Assembly (NCBI GenBank): GCA_040900375.1 | Contig: JBBDZC010000018.1 | Coordinates: 567 to 64,566, forward strand | Direction: 5' to 3' | Length of the DNA: 64,000 nt | Source of the DNA: Candidatus Anderseniibacteriota bacterium | GTDB lineage: Bacteria; Patescibacteriota; Andersenbacteria; UBA10190 | Shown: positions 18,960 through 28,364 of the stretch, in pieces | How the letters are laid out: every line of letters starts with the position of its first letter | Position numbering within the stretch: the first letter of the stretch is position 1 | The notes under the pieces: generated by a model | What the model was told of the DNA's origin: nothing | Databases searched by the model: none | The model's input: the letters and a program-made list of their open reading frames with translations, nothing else | Program-made: the position numbers and the translations under genes

Positions 18960-19577
18960 CTAGAAATTTAAGGGAATGGCCGGCGAGGCCGCGGGAGTAG
19001 ATTCATCACTCGTACCCGCCACGTCAGCCTCGGGCGCTATCTCCTCCGACAAATCCCTGCCTTGGGCTTGGAGGGACTCGGTAATGAGAGCAAACTGTTC
19101 TTGAATTACCGCGTAGTGATCACGTTTACTTTCTAGTTCCTGGAGAACCGTTTGCACGGCGGCTCGTGCCTCACGCACTGGAGTGCGCATGGCAACTAAT
19201 AGCTCTACCGGCATAACCTCCAGCTGCTGTTGCATTTGCTTGGCACTGTCATCTAACAGCCGGGCCCGCCCGAGCAGCTCCTGGGCGGGGGGGTTTTCCG
19301 AGTCTAATAGCTGCTGCAAAGCCTCGGCATCCTCTTTAACGTACATGACTGCAATTTTCATCCGCTCTTCTTCGTCTCTGATAATGAAGCGTTCCGCCTC
19401 GCGTTTCCACTCGGTCGCTTGCAGCTTGAGCCGGGCCAGGGTTTCGGGTTGGCGGGCTAGGTTAAGAAGTGCTGTCGGGGCCCCCGCTAGACGTTCGGGG
19501 TGAACGGCTACCTCCAGCACTCCTGTGGCTATCGCGGCCGCGACGAGTAGGCCGAAGATAATGATCATTTTAACCAT
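18960..19577 (-). CDS. Hypothetical membrane-anchored coiled-coil protein
   Basis: 205 aa. N-terminal transmembrane segment (MVKMIIIFGLLVAAAIATGVL) followed by a charged, helical, Gln/Glu/Arg-rich region. No family assigned. Confidence 0.5.
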   Translation of the reverse strand: MVKMIIIFGLLVAAAIATGVLEVAVHPERLAGAPTALLNLARQPETLARLKLQATEWKREAERFIIRDEEERMKIAVMYVKEDAEALQQLLDSENPPAQELLGRARLLDDSAKQMQQQLEVMPVELLVAMRTPVREARAAVQTVLQELESKRDHYAVIQEQFALITESLQAQGRDLSEEIAPEADVAGTSDESTPAASPAIPLNF

Positions 19578-19649
19578 AGGGAAAGTATACCTGATCAGGA
19601 GTCAGGCTGCTTATTGCGCAACTAATAGCCTTACCGTAGGATTCTTGAG

Positions 19650-20192
19650 ATGGCTAAGATATATACTAAGACTGGTGATAGCGGGGAAACAGGCCTGATT
19701 GGCGGCAAGCGAATACCCAAAAACCATGTACGCGTCGAAGCGTATGGCACAGTGGATGAAGCTAATGCACTCATTGGTGTAGTCCTGTCCCGCCTAGATG
19801 ATTTTACTCATCGCGCCGAACTCGAGACTATCCAAGGCATGTTATTTGAGATCGGGGCAGTCTTGGCTGACTCGCGAGAAAGCCGCACTCGGCCCAATGA
19901 TAGCGACGTGTTTCGTCTGGAGGGGTTGATTGATGAGTTAACTACCACGTTACCGCCACAAATAACGTTCATTTTACCGGGCGGAACTAACCTGGCGGCG
20001 ATTTTGCACTTAGCCCGAACGGTGGTACGGCGGGCAGAGCGGCGGGTTATTACCGTGAGCCAAGGAGAGGATATCTCACCCACCGTAATTAAATATCTCA
20101 ACCGTCTATCTGATTATCTGCACACGCTGGCCCGCTTCATTAACCACGAACATGGCGTCTACGAGAAACCTTGGCAGTCTTTGAGCAAATAA
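19650..20192 (+). CDS. ATP:cob(I)alamin adenosyltransferase, PduO-type (MMAB-like)
   Basis: N-terminus MAKIYTKTGDSGETGLIGGKRIPKNHVRVEAYGTVDEANALIG matches the PduO-type consensus (MKIYTRTGDKGETSL...RVEAYGT.DE.N..IG). Confidence 0.8.
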   Translation: MAKIYTKTGDSGETGLIGGKRIPKNHVRVEAYGTVDEANALIGVVLSRLDDFTHRAELETIQGMLFEIGAVLADSRESRTRPNDSDVFRLEGLIDELTTTLPPQITFILPGGTNLAAILHLARTVVRRAERRVITVSQGEDISPTVIKYLNRLSDYLHTLARFINHEHGVYEKPWQSLSK

Positions 20193-20203
20193 ATTGAGTA
20201 CTT

Positions 20204-21127
20204 ATGCCTGCTGCACAACCGCCGCGCCTTCTGGCCGTGGTTGGTCCCACCGCCTCCGGAAAAACAGCGCTCGGACTCAACCTGGCCCAGCACTACCAGG
20301 GAGCGGTTATTTCAGCCGATTCTCGCCAGGTATATGCGGGGATGAATATTGGGACCGCTAAATCGCCACAAGCTTGGGCCCACGAGGCTCATAGTCCGCA
20401 GCAAGCCGATATTGTGGAGGGCATCCCTCACTATCTTTTTAATGTCTGCGCACCTGACACTCGGTACACGCTGGCGACGTGGAAAGCAGATGCGACCCAT
20501 GTCATTGATAGACTCCACGCTGCGCAGATTCCTGCCCTCCTTGTCGGGGGAACCATGCTCTACATTGATAGTGTCATGTTTGGGTATGAGCTCCCCCCGG
20601 TTCCTCCTAATGACCACTTTCGCCAGACGCTTATAGCTCAAGACACCGATGCTCTCTATCGTGAGTTACTGACGCGTGATCCGGCAGCAACCTTCGTTGA
20701 ACCTCACAATAAACGGCGCATTATCCGGGCGCTGGAAGTGATGGAAGCCACGGGCAAACCGTTCTCGCAACTGCGGCGACAGCGAGTGCCTCCCTCCCCT
20801 GATTGCTGGCTGGGCCTGTTTCCGGGATGGGAGCAACTGCGAGATAATGTCACCCGTCGGGTAGAAGAGATGCTTGACGCTGGGCTGGTGGAGGAAGTGG
20901 CGAGATTGGTTGAATACTACGGTGAAGCCTTACCACTACTGCAAACGCTGAATTATAAACAAGGATTAGCCTTGCTGCAGGGTCAGATTTCCCGCGAGGC
21001 GGCCGCCATGAGCATGATCGCCGCCACAATGCGGTACGCCCATCGGCAAATGTCCTGGTGGAAAAATAACAAACAGATTCACTGGCTGACGGGAATAGAA
21101 GCTCTGCATCTCAAGTCGCTTGATTAA
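20204..21127 (+). CDS. miaA: tRNA dimethylallyltransferase
   Basis: P-loop LLAVVGPTASGKTALGLNLAQ, then AVISADSRQVYAGMNIGTAK. Typical length (307 aa). Confidence 0.9.
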   Translation: MPAAQPPRLLAVVGPTASGKTALGLNLAQHYQGAVISADSRQVYAGMNIGTAKSPQAWAHEAHSPQQADIVEGIPHYLFNVCAPDTRYTLATWKADATHVIDRLHAAQIPALLVGGTMLYIDSVMFGYELPPVPPNDHFRQTLIAQDTDALYRELLTRDPAATFVEPHNKRRIIRALEVMEATGKPFSQLRRQRVPPSPDCWLGLFPGWEQLRDNVTRRVEEMLDAGLVEEVARLVEYYGEALPLLQTLNYKQGLALLQGQISREAAAMSMIAATMRYAHRQMSWWKNNKQIHWLTGIEALHLKSLD

Positions 21128-21145
21128 ACTTTTCTACGTATACTC

Positions 21146-21167
21146 ATATTTCGATATATCGAAATAT
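21146..21167. terminator. Perfect 22-bp palindrome between convergent miaA and gatB; candidate bidirectional terminator
   Basis: atatttcgatatatcgaaatat is its own reverse complement. It lies in an AT-rich 69-bp gap between two convergent gene ends. Confidence 0.45.
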
Positions 21168-21196
21168 AGTAATAATATGTTAAACAGCAGGCAGGT

Positions 21197-22714
21197 TCAT
21201 GTTTCTTGCAGGCGTTGCTTGAGCAGCATGGTAATTACCGCTGGGTTAGCGATACCTTTCGATTTAGCCATAACTTGACCCATCAGAAACTGCACTGCAG
21301 TTTCTTTGCCGCCTTTAATCTTAGCGACAACCTCGGGATTGGCCGCGATCACTTCATCCACGTATTGCTGTAGTTGTGAAATATCACTTTCCTGGGCTAA
21401 ACCGAGTTGGGCAATAAGCGGGTCAGGGTCCCCGCCTGTTTCTTGCATTTTTTGCAAGAGCGGAGTCAGCGAAGTGCGATTAACTTTACCCTGTTCGACT
21501 AAGATCACCAGCTCGGCAAAATTCTCGGCGGTAATTTTCAGATCTTTTTCCGTGAGCTCATTAACTGCCATGAGATCCCGAATCTGACGCATAATGATAT
21601 TAGCGGCGAGCTGCACTAACTGGGGTAAAGGACCGGGAAAATCGGCTCTTTCTTTGGCCTGTTGCTGTAGTTCCGAGACGGTATTTTCGAAGAAATGAGA
21701 TAACAAAGGCTGCGCGACCAAGAGCGAGGCAGTCTGGGGACTGACTGCCAGGTCACGAGTGAATCGCTCTCGCCGAGCGGCGGGCAATTCCGGCAAGCTC
21801 CGACGGACGCGCTGAAGCTCTTCTTTATTAAAGATAAAAGGAGGGATATCAGGTTCAGGAAAATAGCGGTAATCAGCCGCTGCTTCTTTCGTGCGCTGGG
21901 CAGTGGTAACGCCTGTCTTGGCATTGAAGCCACGTGTGCCCGGCTCCGGCGGCAGTTTGCCTTTCTGCCAGAGTTTTGTCTGGCGCTCGATTTCATAGTT
22001 CAAGGCGCGCTCGACATTGCGGAAGGAGTTAAGGTTTTTAACTTCCGTCTTGGGATAAAGCTTAGTACTGCCTACCTCACGCAGGGAAATGTTAGCGTCG
22101 CAGCGCAGCTGGCCCTTCTCCATATCGGCATCGGCAATATCCAAGGCCCGCATGAGAAGCTGTAGTTCTTGCAAGAAAACTTTAGCGACAGCAGGGGTCG
22201 TAATGTCTGGTTCAGTGACAATTTCCATGAGCGGCGTGCCCGCTCGATTAAAATCAATCAAGGTATAGTCAGCGGCGGCAGGATGGATATTTTTTGCTGC
22301 ATCTTCTTCTAAGTGGATGCGCGTAATCCCCACCGTGTGCGCCTGCTCACCAACAGTAATAGTCAGTGAACCCGGACCGCAGAATGGCTCATCGTACTGA
22401 CTAATTTGGTAACCCTTTGGTAAATCAGGGTAAAAATAACTTTTGCGATCAAATTTACTTTTAGTAGCCAGCACACAGTTTAAAGCCGCCCCCGCTTTCA
22501 GTGTCCAGTCAATTGCTGTGGCATTGGGCACAGGCAGCGTTCCTGGATATCCCAGACAGATCGGGCAAATGGCAGAGTTGGGTGGAGCAGCGCCTAAGAT
22601 ATTAGGGCAAGAACAAAACATCTTACTTTTTGTTTTGAGCTGCACATGAATTTCCAGGCCAATGACAGGTTCAAGCGGCGCAGAATGAGAAATTTTCTTA
22701 CGGGGCATATGCAA
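21197..22714 (-). CDS. gatB: Asp/Glu-tRNA amidotransferase subunit B
   Basis: N-terminus PLEPVIGLEIHVQLKTKSKMFCSCPN (GatB signature). 505 aa with a C-terminal YqeY-like tail. Confidence 0.9.
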   Translation of the reverse strand: MHMPRKKISHSAPLEPVIGLEIHVQLKTKSKMFCSCPNILGAAPPNSAICPICLGYPGTLPVPNATAIDWTLKAGAALNCVLATKSKFDRKSYFYPDLPKGYQISQYDEPFCGPGSLTITVGEQAHTVGITRIHLEEDAAKNIHPAAADYTLIDFNRAGTPLMEIVTEPDITTPAVAKVFLQELQLLMRALDIADADMEKGQLRCDANISLREVGSTKLYPKTEVKNLNSFRNVERALNYEIERQTKLWQKGKLPPEPGTRGFNAKTGVTTAQRTKEAAADYRYFPEPDIPPFIFNKEELQRVRRSLPELPAARRERFTRDLAVSPQTASLLVAQPLLSHFFENTVSELQQQAKERADFPGPLPQLVQLAANIIMRQIRDLMAVNELTEKDLKITAENFAELVILVEQGKVNRTSLTPLLQKMQETGGDPDPLIAQLGLAQESDISQLQQYVDEVIAANPEVVAKIKGGKETAVQFLMGQVMAKSKGIANPAVITMLLKQRLQET

Positions 22715-22745
22715 AAAGCCTAGCCAATATCAGCGTGAAGAGCAA

Positions 22746-24041
22746 TTACTTACGGACGGCGGGCGTCGCCCGCAGCAACGACAGAGCATCACCGACCATG
22801 TAGAGCGAGCCGGTAATGAGCATCATGCTGTCAGGTTTTATCAGCTTGCGGCCCACGGCTAGGGCGTGGGCAAGGGCAGGAATTTCCTGAACATGGGGGT
22901 GATGCGCTCGCAAAGCGCGAGCGACTACGCTGGTATCTTCCGGCTCATAACTACCTTGGGTAACGATTACCTGATCAAACAAAGGGGCAATATCTGTTTC
23001 CAGGCCTAACTGCTTGCCCTTCTTCTGGGCTACAATGAGAACATCAGGGTGCGGCAGCGGCATAGTTTTTAAGAAAGCGGCTAGTGCCTGCACGCCATCA
23101 TTATTGTGCGCTCCGTCTACCAAAATAAAGGGCTTACGGGAGACAATATCGAGCCGGCCTTCCCACACTGCCTGGCTTAGGCCGCGGGTCAGATGAGTGG
23201 GAGTGAGGACAAAGCCCTGGTCACGCAAGAGATGTAGCGTAAGCAACGCGGTGCAGGCATTGGTAATTTGGTGCTGACCCAAAAGCTTGATAAAGAACGT
23301 GTCGGTGATGGTCCCGGTAGTTGTAAATGTTTGTCCAGCTAACGAGGCGTGCGACTCTTTGACCGTAAGATGTTCGCCCACAGAATAGAAAGGTGCTTGT
23401 TGCTGCTGGCAGACGCCGGCAAAGTATTGCAGCAGTGCTGGTTGTGTCTCGGCAGTCACTACCGGTTGCCCCCTTTTAATAATCCCGGCTTTATTAGCAG
23501 CAATCGCCGCCTTATCCTCGCCAATCTCGGGCACATGGTCCAGGCCGATATTGGTAATAACAGCAACCAGCGGCGTAATGACATTGGTTGCATCAAGTGC
23601 TCCGCCCATGCCAACTTCAATAATGGCAATATCAACGCGGGCGCGGGCAAACTGTAAGAAAGTCAGAGCGGTCGTAAACTCAAAAAAAGTTATGGTTAGG
23701 TCGTAAGCGGCAATTTGAGAACGAACATGGGCGATTAAAGCAATTAACGCTTCATCGGTAATCGCTTGACCGTCGACCCGGATGCGTTCATTGAACTGGT
23801 AGAGATGCGGGCTGGTATACAGACCGACTTTATAGCCAGCAGCGCGCAAGGTTGATTCTAAGAAACTGGCAGTACTGCCTTTTCCGTTGGTGCCAGTTAT
23901 ATGGACACTGGGAAAAGAGGTCTGGGGATTGCCGAGGATAGCGCACAGCTTAGTCATGACCTCGAGGCCCAGCTTAATGCCGAAACGCTCGAGGTCGTAA
24001 ATGTACGCTAGCTGTTCATTGAGAGGGGCGGCTTGTGGCAT
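22746..24041 (-). CDS. folC: Folylpolyglutamate synthase / dihydrofolate synthase (Mur ligase family)
   Basis: YIYDLERFGIKLGLEVMTKLCAILGNP...HITGTNGKGSTASFLESTLRAAGYKVGLYTSPHL, typical of FolC. 431 aa. Confidence 0.8.
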   Translation of the reverse strand: MPQAAPLNEQLAYIYDLERFGIKLGLEVMTKLCAILGNPQTSFPSVHITGTNGKGSTASFLESTLRAAGYKVGLYTSPHLYQFNERIRVDGQAITDEALIALIAHVRSQIAAYDLTITFFEFTTALTFLQFARARVDIAIIEVGMGGALDATNVITPLVAVITNIGLDHVPEIGEDKAAIAANKAGIIKRGQPVVTAETQPALLQYFAGVCQQQQAPFYSVGEHLTVKESHASLAGQTFTTTGTITDTFFIKLLGQHQITNACTALLTLHLLRDQGFVLTPTHLTRGLSQAVWEGRLDIVSRKPFILVDGAHNNDGVQALAAFLKTMPLPHPDVLIVAQKKGKQLGLETDIAPLFDQVIVTQGSYEPEDTSVVARALRAHHPHVQEIPALAHALAVGRKLIKPDSMMLITGSLYMVGDALSLLRATPAVRK

Positions 24042-24110
24042 TTACAGGAATTATCAACTGTGAAACGATTATTAATAAGACATATTATTCTCACATAGAA
24101 ACAGTATTTT

Positions 24111-25826
24111 ATGAAATACCCTCTCCCCCGCGACAGTTTTGCCCCGCCCTTTGCGCCAGATGCTTATACCCCTGCAGAAAAGTGGCAACTGGTCCCCTTT
24201 TTTTCTAATCTTGATCAGTCAGTATATGCGCCGCTCATTTTTTCCCCGGAAGTTATCGGCGCTTTATGTTCCCGCGCCAGCCGCGCCGAAGATGACTTGA
24301 GGACCATATTCTTGCGTGAATATGTGGCACCGTTTCTCGAGCCCGAGACAGCTGCTACCGAAGCGGCTGCTCATCATGGTAAAAGCCTCAAGGAATTCAT
24401 TAATTTTCTCCAGGCTTACCCCATTGAGGAAATTTTTTCCAATCCGCGGGCACGGTCATTCTACGCCAAGTGGCTGGCTCAATATGGTGATGATTCGATC
24501 GCCCAGATGGCGGGTATGCATCTCGTTTTTGCCTCGCTCTCGCAAGTTGCGATTAAACATTTCGAAGATCAACGAATTGGCTTAGCCCCGATTGAAAAAT
24601 CGACGCGCTATGTTGATTACTCAACTAAAATCAATGGCCGTTGGCGCTACTATACTGATCCCACTCTCCGAGAATTAGGCTTGGAGCAAGCGTATGAGAC
24701 CGCCATGGATGGTTTGTTTACAACCTACGGACAGCTCCTGCCCCGGCTCATAAGGTGGCTAAGTGAACGCTTCCCGGAGGAAAAACGGTCAGTGGTGGAA
24801 AAGAAGGCTTTTGATGTCTTGCGGGGCTTGCTACCAACCTCGACCCTTTCTCAAGTGGCCTTTTTCGGCAATGGCCAAGCTTACGAATATCTTGTCAGCC
24901 GCTCGGGACACCATCCCTTGGGAGAAATCCGCTGGGCTAGCGAACGTGCATATGAAGAACTGTATAAAGTTGCCCCTTCATTCTTACGCCGCATTAAAGA
25001 TCCTGAGAGTCAAGCACTCGTCAACTCATACCAAGAATATTTAAGCGGCAAGGGCGAGCGCTTGCGGCCTTTGGTGGATAGATTTACGGCTGCCCACCAA
25101 AAAGTAGCGCAGCAAACAAAGGAAGAGACTTCAGTTAAGCTCTTAGAGTACGACCTGGAGGGCGAAGCAAAAGTGATTACCGGCATGCTTTATGCTGCCC
25201 CGAATAATCATGCCAGTTGGTCGGATATATTTTCTCGAGTACGCGCGCTTAACGAGAGTGAGCGGCAGGTAGTCCTGAATGCTTACTTTATCGGCCGCAC
25301 GCAACGTTGGCAAAAGGTTGGGCGCGCCCTCGAAAATATCTTTGTCCGCTTTGAAATCATGATGAATATTGGTGCCTGGCGTGATTTACACCGTCATCGC
25401 ATGCTCACCCAGCAACGGCAGTACTTTTCCTGTATGCATGGATATGACGTGCCGCCAGAGCTGATGAGCGCGGGCCTAGCGGATGAGTTTACAGAGGCAA
25501 TAGAACGGGTGGAGCGCGTGCATCAACACATCGCCGAATACGACCTGGACCTGGCCCAGTATGCGGTGACCATGGCCCACCGGGTACGATTCATGCAGTG
25601 GACTAACTTGCGGGAATGTTTCTGGGAGATTGAGTTACGCACGATTCCCGAGGGGCATCCGGACTACCGGAGAATCGAGCAAGAGAAATTTCGTTTGCTC
25701 CAGAAAGTTTATCCCCTGCTGGCAGAGCGCATGCATGTCAATTTAGACGAGTATAACTTTGCCCGCCGCGGTCAGGAAGAAAAAATCCAGGCTAAGCTCA
25801 AAGAGTTGACCAAGGTTAACGCCTGA
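24111..25826 (+). CDS. thyX: FAD-dependent thymidylate synthase, tandem two-domain ThyX type
   Basis: The C-terminal half carries WRDLHRHRML (RHR motif) and MQWTNLRECFWEIELRT (ThyX NLR...WEI block). The N-terminal half aligns to the same fold (HLVFASLSQVAIKHFEDQRIG...STRYVDYS) but lacks the RHR motif. At 571 aa it matches known duplicated ThyX proteins. Confidence 0.6.
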   Translation: MKYPLPRDSFAPPFAPDAYTPAEKWQLVPFFSNLDQSVYAPLIFSPEVIGALCSRASRAEDDLRTIFLREYVAPFLEPETAATEAAAHHGKSLKEFINFLQAYPIEEIFSNPRARSFYAKWLAQYGDDSIAQMAGMHLVFASLSQVAIKHFEDQRIGLAPIEKSTRYVDYSTKINGRWRYYTDPTLRELGLEQAYETAMDGLFTTYGQLLPRLIRWLSERFPEEKRSVVEKKAFDVLRGLLPTSTLSQVAFFGNGQAYEYLVSRSGHHPLGEIRWASERAYEELYKVAPSFLRRIKDPESQALVNSYQEYLSGKGERLRPLVDRFTAAHQKVAQQTKEETSVKLLEYDLEGEAKVITGMLYAAPNNHASWSDIFSRVRALNESERQVVLNAYFIGRTQRWQKVGRALENIFVRFEIMMNIGAWRDLHRHRMLTQQRQYFSCMHGYDVPPELMSAGLADEFTEAIERVERVHQHIAEYDLDLAQYAVTMAHRVRFMQWTNLRECFWEIELRTIPEGHPDYRRIEQEKFRLLQKVYPLLAERMHVNLDEYNFARRGQEEKIQAKLKELTKVNA

Positions 25827-25910
25827 TTCACCTGGCAGTCTTTAGTAACCCAAGAAGTACGTCACCAGCAGCGCGACCTAGTAGTTTTTCCCGGGAGCAG
25901 CTATAAAGAA

Positions 25911-27266
25911 ATGATGTCCCGAGCCCTCAAAAAAACTGATCTGCGTGTTTGGCGTATTCTCCAGCAAGAACAAGCGCGGCAGCAAGATAAATTATCTCTC
26001 ATCCCTTCGGAAAACTTTTTTTCGCCGGCCGTGCGCGAGGCCGTGGGCTCGGTGTTTATGCACAAATACGCGGAAGGCAATGTGGGCCAGCGCTACTATG
26101 AGGGCAACCAATTGGTAGATGAGCTGGAGTCGCTGGCGCAGGCGCGGGCGAAAAAGGTTTTTAAGTTGCCCCGCGACTGGGAGGTTAATGTGCAAGCCCT
26201 ATCGGGCAGTAACGCTAATCTGGCTGTTTACCTGGCGCTCTTAAAATTCGGCGACACCATGATGGGTATGTATCTGCCGGATGGCGGGCATTTATCTCAC
26301 GGCTGGTCATATGAGCCTCACCAACAACAAGATCCAACCAACTTGGCGTATCTAGGCGGTCGGCGCAAAGTCAACATTTCCTCGCGGATCTTCACCACGA
26401 TTCAATACAAAACTAACCCGAAGACCCAGCGCTTCGATTATCAAGAAATTGAGAAAATTGCAAAACGCTACAAGCCGCGTCTTATTATTACGGGGGGAAC
26501 AGCTTATCCTCGAGACATTAACTACCGCCGCTTCAAAAAAATTGCGCACCAGGTAGGCGCGCTCTATTTAGCAGACATTGCTCACGAAGCGGGGCTTGTG
26601 GCGGCGGGCGTGATTAATTCTCCCGTCGGGATCGCCGATGTTGTCACGATGACCACGCATAAAACATTGCGGGCTGGCCGGGGCGCTATCATTTTAGCCC
26701 GCGCCGAACTCATCAAAAAAATAAATCGCGCGGTGCTACCAGGGCTCCAGGGTGGCCCTTTTAATAATAATATTGCAGGGATTTGCGTCGGCTTAGGCGA
26801 AGCCCTCACACCACAATTTAAGCGATACGCTAAGCAGGTCATCACCAATGCCCACTATCTGGCCGAGTATCTTCAACGATATGGTTTTGTGCTTGTCTCG
26901 GGTGGCGTTGATAAACATCTGATTCTCATTAATCTGACTAGTCAGCCGATCCTCGGCAAAAAGTTTGCCCGGGCTTTAGACTATGGGGGCTTGGTTACCA
27001 ATTTCAATACTATGCCGCAAGAGACCCGTTCCCCCGCTGACCCTTCCGCGCTTCGGCTCGGGACTCCCTGGGTGACTACCCGCGGTATGGGTAAGCCGGA
27101 AATGAAGCAGATTGCCCAGTGGCTTAAGCACGTGATGGAAATCGCCTCACCCTGGGCCGAGACTCCGTTCCCCGAATTCGAGCGGCGTGTGCGGGCATCG
27201 CGGGAAATTAAAGACATCGCCCAGGTGGTAAAAAAGCTTTGCCGGCGGTTTCCGCTGGCCTTTTGA
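25911..27266 (+). CDS. glyA: Serine hydroxymethyltransferase
   Basis: LIPSENFFSPAVREAVGSVFMHKYAEGNVGQRYYEG...; PLP-lysine region TTHKTLRAGRGAII. 451 aa. Confidence 0.95.
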   Translation: MMSRALKKTDLRVWRILQQEQARQQDKLSLIPSENFFSPAVREAVGSVFMHKYAEGNVGQRYYEGNQLVDELESLAQARAKKVFKLPRDWEVNVQALSGSNANLAVYLALLKFGDTMMGMYLPDGGHLSHGWSYEPHQQQDPTNLAYLGGRRKVNISSRIFTTIQYKTNPKTQRFDYQEIEKIAKRYKPRLIITGGTAYPRDINYRRFKKIAHQVGALYLADIAHEAGLVAAGVINSPVGIADVVTMTTHKTLRAGRGAIILARAELIKKINRAVLPGLQGGPFNNNIAGICVGLGEALTPQFKRYAKQVITNAHYLAEYLQRYGFVLVSGGVDKHLILINLTSQPILGKKFARALDYGGLVTNFNTMPQETRSPADPSALRLGTPWVTTRGMGKPEMKQIAQWLKHVMEIASPWAETPFPEFERRVRASREIKDIAQVVKKLCRRFPLAF

Positions 27267-27319
27267 TCCAGCGGTTTTCCACTATACTTTTTTAGCGCAG
27301 CCAGTACTGTAAATAAGAT

Positions 27320-27895
27320 ATGATTTTGTCTGACCGTGATATCAAAGCCGCGCTTAAGTCCGGGAAAATTGTGGTGAAGCCAAAACCCAACTTGGTCATT
27401 CAACTCGGCACCTCGAGTCTTGATCTGCGCCTCGGGTACCATTTTCGTGTCTTTAAGCATCGCCGCAAGCCTTTTATTGACCCTTTGGATCCCGACACGA
27501 TGACGGGAATGACCGAGGAAGTTAAAATCAGCCGGGCGCAACCTTACGTTATCCAACCGGATGAATTTGTCTTAGCTTCAGTTTTGGAATGGATAGAATT
27601 ACCAGACAACATCTCGGCGCGGATTGATGGTCGTAGCAGTCTGGGTCGTATTGGTCTAGTGATCCATTCTACGGCAGGCCATATTGATGCTGGCTTTCAG
27701 GGTTCAATTACGATGGAATTAAGCAATATTGGCATGATGCCAATATTGCTCTATCCCAAAATGCGCATTTGCCAATTAGTATTTGAGCCACTATCTTCAG
27801 CCGCCGAGCGACCTTATACCCAAAAACCCGGCGCCAAGTACGCGGGTAAGACCAGACCGGCCGAGGCAGCATTAGCACAAGAAATCGTTGAATGA
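27320..27895 (+). CDS. dcd: dCTP deaminase
   Basis: MILSDRDIKAALKSGKIVVKP...SSLDLRLG...RSSLGRIGL, the Dcd/dUTPase-fold signature. 191 aa. Confidence 0.9.
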   Translation: MILSDRDIKAALKSGKIVVKPKPNLVIQLGTSSLDLRLGYHFRVFKHRRKPFIDPLDPDTMTGMTEEVKISRAQPYVIQPDEFVLASVLEWIELPDNISARIDGRSSLGRIGLVIHSTAGHIDAGFQGSITMELSNIGMMPILLYPKMRICQLVFEPLSSAAERPYTQKPGAKYAGKTRPAEAALAQEIVE

Positions 27896-28314
27896 TTAAG
27901 TTCAGGGTGAAAAAACTGGCCCCGGGTGCGAAACTGCCGACAAAACATATTGCCACAGATGCGGGCATTGACATTTATACTAACGAATCAAAAACTTTAA
28001 AACCAAGTGAAACCTACCTTTTTTCCACGGGTATTGCTGTCGAGTTTTCCCCGGGATATGTGGCTTTGCTCTGGGATCGCTCTGGATTAGGTAGTAAAGG
28101 CATTCACCGTTTAGCTGGAGTAATTGACTCGGGCTACCGCGGCGAATGGAAAGTGGTGCTGCTCAATACCACTAAAAAATCTTTTACCATTCATAAAGGC
28201 GACAAAATTGTGCAGTGTATCATGCAAAAATTTGAGCCTGTAAAAATTATGGAAGTCAAAAAATTGCGGCTCACCAAGCGCGGCAGTAAAGGTTTTGGCA
28301 GCTCGGGGCGCTAG
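27892..28314 (+). CDS. dut: dUTP diphosphatase
   Basis: AGIDIYT...IDSGYRGEWKVVLLNTTKKSFTIHKGDKIVQ (dUTPase motifs 3-4). Overlaps the dcd stop by 4 nt. Confidence 0.9.
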   Translation: MIKFRVKKLAPGAKLPTKHIATDAGIDIYTNESKTLKPSETYLFSTGIAVEFSPGYVALLWDRSGLGSKGIHRLAGVIDSGYRGEWKVVLLNTTKKSFTIHKGDKIVQCIMQKFEPVKIMEVKKLRLTKRGSKGFGSSGR

Positions 28315-28337
28315 GACATTTACCCCACTTCGCAGAA

Positions 28338-28358
28338 AGCCACGGCCTTTGAGGCCGT
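28338..28358. terminator. Hairpin between convergent dut and the DNPH1-like gene
   Basis: ccacggcc-tttga-ggccgtgg: an 8-bp perfect stem inside a 50-bp convergent gap. Confidence 0.5.
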
Positions 28359-28364
28359 GGAGCT

